From Azolla caroliniana (taxonomy: Eukaryota > Plantae > Polypodiophyta): DNA of 26,107 nt. Location of the stretch: NCBI GenBank assembly GCA_043228905.1, contig JBHGNT010000430.1, positions 1-26,107 on the forward strand, read 5' to 3'. How positions within the stretch are numbered: position 1 is the first letter of the stretch; the number at the start of each line of letters is the position of its first letter. The notes below the pieces were generated by a model. That model was given only the letters and a program-made list of their open reading frames with translations. It did no database searches and had not been told where the DNA came from. Positions 1 to 7,809 of this stretch are shown piece by piece. The position numbers and the translations under genes are program-made.

Positions 1-326
1 ATGAAATCACCGCACTCTCGCCTCAGTTCCTCGTCACGTGGCTCATCGCGACCACGGCTACGACGTTCCCTTTCCTCTTCGGAGTCTCTCTTGTTGTCTC
101 TGTAGCGGCGCCCCTCCTCAAGGAACCCCTCACGACGTCGCTCGCGCCTCTCGTCATCGCACTCCCCCTCTCGGCGTCGGTCGCGCCTCTCCTCGTCAAT
201 GTCTCCCTCACGACGTCGATCGCGTCGCTCCTCTTCACGGTCCCGCCCTACAGACCTAGCATTGGCCGCGGTACACGCGGCGAGCATGATCACGGCCATG
301 AGGAATACGGAAGTAAGCTTTGCCAT
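1..326 (-). CDS. 2S albumin-like storage protein precursor, copy 0 (5' part only, truncated by window edge)
   Basis: ATG (cat at 324-326). Sequence matches 1660-1985 of copy 1 and encodes about aa 1-108. Confidence 0.85.
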   Translation of the reverse strand, partial: MAKLTSVFLMAVIMLAACTAANARSVGRDREEERRDRRREGDIDEERRDRRREGECDDERRERRREGFLEEGRRYRDNKRDSEEERERRSRGRDEPRDEELRRECGDF

Positions 327-1199
327 TGCGATTGTCCTTATGATCCCGGTGCTTGTCTCCTAATGGATTGTATTGACATTGCTCCCTCCACCTTTAATAT
401 ATACACATGGCCATGCAATCAGAGCACAATGCATGTCACTCACCACTCCCATTACCATAACGTGTGTGTCCCTGCGTACAACTCTTGCCCAAGACCCATA
501 CCAACTAGTCCACCCTCCCACACGTCTAGGCTAGTCCTAGGTGTCGTATTGTCACCAGACAATCTGGGCGCAACCTGTGGCGGGTACTCCTCCTCCTCCT
601 CGCGCGAGAGCTTGTCGAGCAACATAACATTTTATACATACGTAGGTAGATGTGCGCACTCGCGCGTGCGCGTAGGGGTGTGCGGGCACGTGCACATTAA
701 ACTAGCTACGCACGCGCTAGTGCCGAGACACTAAGCACGCGGAGGCTACTGCGGGACGAGTGGTGGCTCCCGGAGTGTGCTACATCGATGAACGTAGATA
801 GACCGGTGTCCGTACTCGCTCGTTCGGACGAGGGGTTGGTAACGACGACGACAAGGAAAGCTAACCGGACTACCACACTAGGAGTGTCCTATCGGGCAAG
901 TGTGGAAGCAAGTTCACATTCGCCGCGTGTACAAGTTGACCTTAGCCGTTGCCGTGGCGTGTGCGGTATGGGTGGGTGTTCCGCTTTGATGTTTTTTTCC
1001 GTTTGGGTGGTTTGCGGTCCCTATAGGCAAATTCTATACGTTGGTGGTCGTGTCTACGTTCGTGTTGGAGGGACGTTGGTGCTCGTGTTTACGTTCGTGT
1101 GGGTGTAATGCGCGATTGGGGAGACGCACTTGTTCGTAAACACTTACGAGAAATTAGAGAGAGACCACGAGAATAATTTGAACAAGGTTTATGTACTAT

Positions 1200-1985
1200 T
1201 TAGAAGCGACGAATACAAGCACGAGGGCGAAGATCGCACTGTTGGAGTAGGCGGGAGGCGGCGACGCCTAGAGCTCTTTCCTCGTCATCGGCCTTGAATT
1301 GGCGACGTTGTTGACGTTCGTCCTCTTGTCGTCGAGACATGCGGTGGCGGCGTTCGTCACCCTCTCGTCGCTCACGGCTGCTATCTCTCTCGCGCTCCTC
1401 GTCCTCTTCCTCCCAGCTACGGTGTTCCCTTGATTGTTGGCCATGGCGTCGGCCTTCATCATTGCGTCGTTCCTCCTCGTCAGCATACAAGGCATCACGT
1501 AGGCGATCGCATCGATCTTCGGCGGGGATTCGTTCGACGTTCCTGCAGCACCGTTCCGAGGGTCTTGAGTATCGAGTGTTTTCGATCCATGGGGAGCGAC
1601 GTCCTTGTTCACCTTCCTCTCTTTCGGAGCGCTCTTGTAGCTCTCGGATCTGCTTGTCGATGAAATCACCGCACTCTCGCCTCAGTTCCTCGTCACGTGG
1701 CTCATCGCGACCACGGCTACGACGTTCCCTTTCCTCTTCGGAGTCTCTCTTGTTGTCTCTGTAGCGGCGCCCCTCCTCAAGGAACCCCTCACGACGTCGC
1801 TCGCGCCTCTCGTCATCGCACTCCCCCTCTCGGCGTCGGTCGCGCCTCTCCTCGTCAATGTCTCCCTCACGACGTCGATCGCGTCGCTCCTCTTCACGGT
1901 CCCGCCCTACAGACCTAGCATTGGCCGCGGTACACGCGGCGAGCATGATCACGGCCATGAGGAATACGGAAGTAAGCTTTGCCAT
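1200..1985 (-). CDS. Arg/Glu-rich 2S albumin-like seed storage protein precursor (prolamin superfamily), copy 1, 261 aa
   Basis: Longest ORF of the unit, with plant-type start context gcaATGGC. Hydrophobic signal peptide MAKLTSVFLMAVIMLAACTAANA ends in A-x-A. Cys skeleton is C105...C146C147-x9-D-x-C159...C250-x6-C257, with albumin-like segments LRRECGDFIDKQ, ERCC and LLQQCDLRPRAC and an IEN linker end. RY and TATA elements lie upstream. Family assigned from motif knowledge, no search run. Confidence 0.9.
   Translation of the reverse strand: MAKLTSVFLMAVIMLAACTAANARSVGRDREEERRDRRREGDIDEERRDRRREGECDDERRERRREGFLEEGRRYRDNKRDSEEERERRSRGRDEPRDEELRRECGDFIDKQIRELQERSEREEGEQGRRSPWIENTRYSRPSERCCRNVERIPAEDRCDRLRDALYADEEERRNDEGRRHGQQSREHRSWEEEDEERERDSSRERREGDERRHRMSRRQEDERQQRRQFKADDEERALGVAASRLLQQCDLRPRACIRRF
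1704..1898 (-). repeat. Five in-frame 39-bp (13-aa) degenerate coding repeats, aa 30-94 (copy 1 shown, present in every copy)
   Basis: REEERRDRRREGD / IDEERRDRRREGE / CDDERRERRREGF / LEEGRRYRDNKRD / SEEERERRSRGRD. The first three are clearly similar, the last two are diverged but in register. Confidence 0.85.
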
Positions 1986-2051
1986 TGCGATTGTCCTTAT
2001 GATCCCGGTGCTTGTCTCCTAATGGATTGTATTGACATTGCTCCCTCCACC

Positions 2052-2062
2052 TTTAATATATA
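2052..2062 (-). promoter_or_regulatory. TATA-like box of copy 1 (same offset in all units)
   Basis: Minus strand reads TATATATTAAA 67-77 nt upstream of the ATG, in otherwise GC-richer sequence. A YR initiator-like tCA lies at 2035-2033, about 29 nt downstream, implying a ~48-nt 5'UTR (inference). Confidence 0.75.
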
Positions 2063-2064
2063 CA

Positions 2065-2094
2065 CATGGCCATGCAATCAGAGCACATGCATGT
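2065..2094. promoter_or_regulatory. RY-repeat (Sph) cluster, the B3-domain ABI3/FUS3/LEC2-type seed maturation element (all units)
   Basis: CATGGCCATGCA at 2065-2076 and palindromic ACATGCATGT at 2085-2094 (CATGCATG at 2086-2093), directly upstream of the TATA box. RY motifs are established elements of seed storage protein promoters. Confidence 0.8.
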
Positions 2095-2117
2095 CACTCA
2101 CCACTCCCATTACCATA

Positions 2118-2350
2118 ACGTGTGTGTCCCTGCGTACAACTCTTGCCCAAGACCCATACCAACTAGTCCACCCTCCCACACGTCTAGGCTAGTCCTAGGT
2201 GTCGTATTGTCACCAGACAATCTGGGCGCAACCTGTGGCGGGTACTCCTCCTCCTCCTCGCGCGAGAGCTTGTCGAGCAACATAACATTTATACATACGT
2301 AGGTAGATGTGCGCACTCGCGCGTGCGCGTAGGGGTGTGCGGGCACGTGC
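2118..2350. promoter_or_regulatory. ACGT-core (ABRE/G-box, bZIP-type) elements in the proximal promoter (all units)
   Basis: ACGTG at 2118-2122, CACGTC at 2179-2184, TACGTA at 2296-2301 and G-box GCACGTGC at 2343-2350. RY plus G-box/ABRE is the known napin/phaseolin-type promoter combination, but these motifs are short and function is unproven. Confidence 0.5.
2245..2259. repeat. (CTC)5 microsatellite in spacer (all units)
   Basis: ctcctcctcctcctc, same length in all units inspected. Confidence 0.7.
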
Positions 2351-2690
2351 ACATTAAACTAGCACGCGCTAGTGCCGAGACACTAAGCACGCGGAGGCTA
2401 CTGCGGGACGAGTGGTGGCTCCCGGAGTGTGCTACATCGATGAACGTAGATAGACCGGTGTCCGTACTCGCTCGTTCGGACGAGGGGTTGGTAACGACGA
2501 CGACAAGGAAAGCTAACCGGACTACCACACTAGGAGTGTCCTATCGGGCAAGTGTGGAAGCAAGTTCACATTCGCCGCGTGTACAAGTTGACCTTAGCCG
2601 TTGCCGTGGCGTGTGCGGTATGGGTGGGTGTTCCGCTTTGATGTTTTTTTTCCGTTTGGGTGGTTTGCGGTCCCTATAGGCAAATTCTAT

Positions 2691-2756
2691 ACGTTGGTGG
2701 TCGTGTCTACGTTCGTGTTGGAGGGACGTTGGTGCTCGTGTTTACGTTCGTGTGGG
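2691..2756. repeat. 35-bp-period direct duplication in the 3' flank (all units)
   Basis: ACGTTGGTGGTCGTGTCTACGTTCGTGTTGG at 2691 and ACGTTGGTGCTCGTGTTTACGTTCGTGTGGG at 2726 are 28/31 identical. Confidence 0.85.
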
Positions 2757-2784
2757 TGTAATGCGCGATTGGGGAGACGCACTT

Positions 2785-2852
2785 GTTCGTAAACACTTAC
2801 GAGAAATTAGAGAGAGACCACGAGAATAATTTGAACAAGGTTTATGTACTAT
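2785..2852 (-). terminator. Probable 3'UTR / polyadenylation region of copy 2 (all units)
   Basis: AT-rich tract after the TAA, with CATAAA (an AATAAA variant) followed by U-rich sequence on the sense strand. No canonical AATAAA seen and the cleavage site is unknown. Confidence 0.35.
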
Positions 2853-3638
2853 TTAGAAGCGACGAATACAAGCACGAGGGCGAAGATCGCACTGTTGGAG
2901 TAGGCGGGAGGCGGCGACGCCTAGAGCTCTTTCCTCGTCATCGGCCTTGAATTGGCGACGTTGTTGACGTTCGTCCTCTTGTCGTCGAGACATGCGGTGG
3001 CGGCGTTCGTCACCCTCTCGTCGCTCACGGCTGCTATCTCTCTCGCGCTCCTCGTCCTCTTCCTCCCAGCTACGGTGTTCCCTTGATTGTTGGCCATGGC
3101 GTCGGCCTTCATCATTGCGTCGTTCCTCCTCGTCAGCATACAAGGCATCACGTAGGCGATCGCATCGATCTTCGGCGGGGATTCGTTCGACGTTCCTGCA
3201 GCACCGTTCCGAGGGTCTTGAGTATCGAGTGTTTTCGATCCATGGGGAGCGACGTCCTTGTTCACCTTCCTCTCTTTCGGAGCGCTCTTGTAGCTCTCGG
3301 ATCTGCTTGTCGATGAAATCACCGCACTCTCGCCTCAGTTCCTCGTCACGTGGCTCATCGCGACCACGGCTACGACGTTCCCTTTCCTCTTCGGAGTCTC
3401 TCTTGTTGTCTCTGTAGCGGCGCCCCTCCTCAAGGAACCCCTCACGACGTCGCTCGCGCCTCTCGTCATCGCACTCCCCCTCTCGGCGTCGGTCGCGCCT
3501 CTCCTCGTCAATGTCTCCCTCACGACGTCGATCGCGTCGCTCCTCTTCACGGTCCCGCCCTACAGACCTAGCATTGGCCGCGGTACACGCGGCGAGCATG
3601 ATCACGGCCATGAGGAATACGGAAGTAAGCTTTGCCAT
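2853..3638 (-). CDS. 2S albumin-like storage protein precursor, copy 2
   Basis: Translation identical to copy 1; Q248 = CAA. Confidence 0.9.
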   Translation of the reverse strand: MAKLTSVFLMAVIMLAACTAANARSVGRDREEERRDRRREGDIDEERRDRRREGECDDERRERRREGFLEEGRRYRDNKRDSEEERERRSRGRDEPRDEELRRECGDFIDKQIRELQERSEREEGEQGRRSPWIENTRYSRPSERCCRNVERIPAEDRCDRLRDALYADEEERRNDEGRRHGQQSREHRSWEEEDEERERDSSRERREGDERRHRMSRRQEDERQQRRQFKADDEERALGVAASRLLQQCDLRPRACIRRF

Positions 3639-4505
3639 TGCGATTGTCCTTATGATCCCGGTGCTTGTCTCCTAATGGATTGTATTGACATTGCTCCCTC
3701 CACCTTTAATATATACACATGGCCATGCAATCAGAGCACATGCATGTCACTCACCACTCCCATTACCATAACGTGTGTGTCCCTGCGTACAACTCTTGCC
3801 CAAGACCCATACCAACTAGTCCACCCTCCCACACGTCTAGGCTAGTCCTAGGTGTCGTATTGTCACCAGACAATCTGGGCGCAACCTGTGGCGGGTACTC
3901 CTCCTCCTCCTCGCGCGAGAGCTTGTCGAGCAACATAACATTTATACATACGTAGGTAGATGTGCGCACTCGCGCGTGCGCGTAGGGGTGTGCGGGCACG
4001 TGCACATTAAACTAGCACGCGCTAGTGCCGAGACACTAAGCACGCGGAGGCTACTGCGGGACGAGTGGTGGCTCCCGGAGTGTGCTACATCGATGAACGT
4101 AGATAGACCGGTGTCCGTACTCGCTCGTTCGGACGAGGGGTTGGTAACGACGACGACAAGGAAAGCTAACCGGACTACCACACTAGGAGTGTCCTATCGG
4201 GCAAGTGTGGAAGCAAGTTCACATTCGCCGCGTGTACAAGTTGACCTTAGCCGTTGCCGTGGCGTGTGCGGTATGGGTGGGTGTTCCGCTTTGATGTTTT
4301 TTTTCCGTTTGGGTGGTTTGCGGTCCCTATAGGCAAATTCTATACGTTGGTGGTCGTGTCTACGTTCGTGTTGGAGGGACGTTGGTGCTCGTGTTTACGT
4401 TCGTGTGGGTGTAATGCGCGATTGGGGAGACGCACTTGTTCGTAAACACTTACGAGAAATTAGAGAGAGACCACGAGAATAATTTGAACAAGGTTTATGT
4501 ACTAT

Positions 4506-5291
4506 TTAGAAGCGACGAATACAAGCACGAGGGCGAAGATCGCACTGTTGGAGTAGGCGGGAGGCGGCGACGCCTAGAGCTCTTTCCTCGTCATCGGCCT
4601 TGAATTGGCGACGTTGTTGACGTTCGTCCTCTTGTCGTCGAGACATGCGGTGGCGGCGTTCGTCACCCTCTCGTCGCTCACGGCTGCTATCTCTCTCGCG
4701 CTCCTCGTCCTCTTCCTCCCAGCTACGGTGTTCCCTTGATTGTTGGCCATGGCGTCGGCCTTCATCATTGCGTCGTTCCTCCTCGTCAGCATACAAGGCA
4801 TCACGTAGGCGATCGCATCGATCTTCGGCGGGGATTCGTTCGACGTTCCTGCAGCACCGTTCCGAGGGTCTTGAGTATCGAGTGTTTTCGATCCATGGGG
4901 AGCGACGTCCTTGTTCACCTTCCTCTCTTTCGGAGCGCTCTTGTAGCTCTCGGATCTGCTTGTCGATGAAATCACCGCACTCTCGCCTCAGTTCCTCGTC
5001 ACGTGGCTCATCGCGACCACGGCTACGACGTTCCCTTTCCTCTTCGGAGTCTCTCTTGTTGTCTCTGTAGCGGCGCCCCTCCTCAAGGAACCCCTCACGA
5101 CGTCGCTCGCGCCTCTCGTCATCGCACTCCCCCTCTCGGCGTCGGTCGCGCCTCTCCTCGTCAATGTCTCCCTCACGACGTCGATCGCGTCGCTCCTCTT
5201 CACGGTCCCGCCCTACAGACCTAGCATTGGCCGCGGTACACGCGGCGAGCATGATCACGGCCATGAGGAATACGGAAGTAAGCTTTGCCAT
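4506..5291 (-). CDS. 2S albumin-like storage protein precursor, copy 3
   Basis: Translation identical to copy 1; Q248 = CAA. Confidence 0.9.
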   Translation of the reverse strand: MAKLTSVFLMAVIMLAACTAANARSVGRDREEERRDRRREGDIDEERRDRRREGECDDERRERRREGFLEEGRRYRDNKRDSEEERERRSRGRDEPRDEELRRECGDFIDKQIRELQERSEREEGEQGRRSPWIENTRYSRPSERCCRNVERIPAEDRCDRLRDALYADEEERRNDEGRRHGQQSREHRSWEEEDEERERDSSRERREGDERRHRMSRRQEDERQQRRQFKADDEERALGVAASRLLQQCDLRPRACIRRF

Positions 5292-6157
5292 TGCGATTGT
5301 CCTTATGATCCCGGTGCTTGTCTCCTAATGGATTGTATTGACATTGCTCCCTCCACCTTTAATATATACACATGGCCATGCAATCAGAGCACATGCATGT
5401 CACTCACCACTCCCATTACCATAACGTGTGTGTCCCTGCGTACAACTCTTGCCCAAGACCCATACCAACTAGTCCACCCTCCCACACGTCTAGGCTAGTC
5501 CTAGGTGTCGTATTGTCACCAGACAATCTGGGCGCAACCTGTGGCGGGTACTCCTCCTCCTCCTCGCGCGAGAGCTTGTCGAGCAACATAACATTTATAC
5601 ATACGTAGGTAGATGTGCGCACTCGCGCGTGCGCGTAGGGGTGTGCGGGCACGTGCACATTAAACTAGCACGCGCTAGTGCCGAGACACTAAGCACGCGG
5701 AGGCTACTGCGGGACGAGTGGTGGCTCCCGAGTGTGCTACATCGATGAACGTAGATAGACCGGTGTCCGTACTCGCTCGTTCGGACGAGGGGTTGGTAAC
5801 GACGACGACAAGGAAAGCTAACCGGACTACCACACTAGGAGTGTCCTATCGGGCAAGTGTGGAAGCAAGTTCACATTCGCCGCGTGTACAAGTTGACCTT
5901 AGCCGTTGCCGTGGCGTGTGCGGTATGGGTGGGTGTTCCGCTTTGATGTTTTTTTTCCGTTTGGGTGGTTTGCGGTCCCTATAGGCAAATTCTATACGTT
6001 GGTGGTCGTGTCTACGTTCGTGTTGGAGGGACGTTGGTGCTCGTGTTTACGTTCGTGTGGGTGTAATGCGCGATTGGGGAGACGCACTTGTTCGTAAACA
6101 CTTACGAGAAATTAGAGAGAGACCACGAGAATAATTTGAACAAGGTTTATGTACTAT

Positions 6158-6943
6158 TTAGAAGCGACGAATACAAGCACGAGGGCGAAGATCGCACTGT
6201 TGGAGTAGGCGGGAGGCGGCGACGCCTAGAGCTCTTTCCTCGTCATCGGCCTTGAATTGGCGACGTTGTTGACGTTCGTCCTCTTGTCGTCGAGACATGC
6301 GGTGGCGGCGTTCGTCACCCTCTCGTCGCTCACGGCTGCTATCTCTCTCGCGCTCCTCGTCCTCTTCCTCCCAGCTACGGTGTTCCCTTGATTGTTGGCC
6401 ATGGCGTCGGCCTTCATCATTGCGTCGTTCCTCCTCGTCAGCATACAAGGCATCACGTAGGCGATCGCATCGATCTTCGGCGGGGATTCGTTCGACGTTC
6501 CTGCAGCACCGTTCCGAGGGTCTTGAGTATCGAGTGTTTTCGATCCATGGGGAGCGACGTCCTTGTTCACCTTCCTCTCTTTCGGAGCGCTCTTGTAGCT
6601 CTCGGATCTGCTTGTCGATGAAATCACCGCACTCTCGCCTCAGTTCCTCGTCACGTGGCTCATCGCGACCACGGCTACGACGTTCCCTTTCCTCTTCGGA
6701 GTCTCTCTTGTTGTCTCTGTAGCGGCGCCCCTCCTCAAGGAACCCCTCACGACGTCGCTCGCGCCTCTCGTCATCGCACTCCCCCTCTCGGCGTCGGTCG
6801 CGCCTCTCCTCGTCAATGTCTCCCTCACGACGTCGATCGCGTCGCTCCTCTTCACGGTCCCGCCCTACAGACCTAGCATTGGCCGCGGTACACGCGGCGA
6901 GCATGATCACGGCCATGAGGAATACGGAAGTAAGCTTTGCCAT
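6158..6943 (-). CDS. 2S albumin-like storage protein precursor, copy 4
   Basis: Translation identical to copy 1; Q248 = CAA. Confidence 0.9.
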   Translation of the reverse strand: MAKLTSVFLMAVIMLAACTAANARSVGRDREEERRDRRREGDIDEERRDRRREGECDDERRERRREGFLEEGRRYRDNKRDSEEERERRSRGRDEPRDEELRRECGDFIDKQIRELQERSEREEGEQGRRSPWIENTRYSRPSERCCRNVERIPAEDRCDRLRDALYADEEERRNDEGRRHGQQSREHRSWEEEDEERERDSSRERREGDERRHRMSRRQEDERQQRRQFKADDEERALGVAASRLLQQCDLRPRACIRRF

Positions 6944-7809
6944 TGCGATTGTCCTTATGATCCCGGTGCTTGTCTCCTAATGGATTGTATTGACATTGCT
7001 CCCTCCACCTTTAATATATACACATGGCCATGCAATCAGAGCACATGCATGTCACTCACCACTCCCATTACCATAACGTGTGTGTCCCTGCGTACAACTC
7101 TTGCCCAAGACCCATACCAACTAGTCCACCCTCCCACACGTCTAGGCTAGTCCTAGGTGTCGTATTGTCACCAGACAATCTGGGCGCAACCTGTGGCGGG
7201 TACTCCTCCTCCTCCTCGCGCGAGAGCTTGTCGAGCAACATAACATTTATACATACGTAGGTAGATGTGCGCACTCGCGCGTGCGCGTAGGGGTGTGCGG
7301 GCACGTGCACATTAAACTAGCACGCGCTAGTGCCGAGACACTAAGCACGCGGAGGCTACTGCGGGACGAGTGGTGGCTCCCGAGTGTGCTACATCGATGA
7401 ACGTAGATAGACCGGTGTCCGTACTCGCTCGTTCGGACGAGGGGTTGGTAACGACGACGACAAGGAAAGCTAACCGGACTACCACACTAGGAGTGTCCTA
7501 TCGGGCAAGTGTGGAAGCAAGTTCACATTCGCCGCGTGTACAAGTTGACCTTAGCCGTTGCCGTGGCGTGTGCGGTATGGGTGGGTGTTCCGCTTTGATG
7601 TTTTTTTTCCGTTTGGGTGGTTTGCGGTCCCTATAGGCAAATTCTATACGTTGGTGGTCGTGTCTACGTTCGTGTTGGAGGGACGTTGGTGCTCGTGTTT
7701 ACGTTCGTGTGGGTGTAATGCGCGATTGGGGAGACGCACTTGTTCGTAAACACTTACGAGAAATTAGAGAGAGACCACGAGAATAATTTGAACAAGGTTT
7801 ATGTACTAT

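Noticed and set aside
1694-1701. Perfect ABRE/G-box CACGTGGC inside the CDS
   Set aside because: Explained by the codons for E-P-R-D. A regulatory role cannot be supported from sequence alone.
1339-1764. 141-aa Ser/Arg-rich plus-strand ORF resembling an SR protein, and the other ORFs overlapping the CDS (133, 77, 73 and 71 aa)
   Set aside because: These are antisense or off-frame shadows of GAG/CGA/GAC-rich codons in GC-rich DNA, with no RRM or other domain and no promoter support.
2435-2449. CATCGATGAACGTAG resembles the conserved 5.8S rRNA motif GCATCGATGAAGAACGTAGC
   Set aside because: It lacks the internal GAA, the flanks do not resemble 5.8S, and there is no 18S/25S context.
2415-2651. 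Possible Pol III unit (tRNA/SINE/5S): TGGC... and GTTCGG motifs followed by a T8 run
   Set aside because: Poor fit to A- and B-box consensus, no cloverleaf, no 5S similarity and no target-site duplication seen.
2644-2651. A8 on the sense strand about 200 nt after the stop as a relic poly(A), implying a retrocopy
   Set aside because: Too short, many 2S albumin genes are naturally intronless, and the native-type promoter is retained.
2066-2792. Spacer ORFs of 63-118 aa, including one with an REEEEE stretch
   Set aside because: No recognisable domains, and the spacer indels frameshift several of them in different units while the main CDS is never disrupted. REEEEE is just the (CTC)5 tract.
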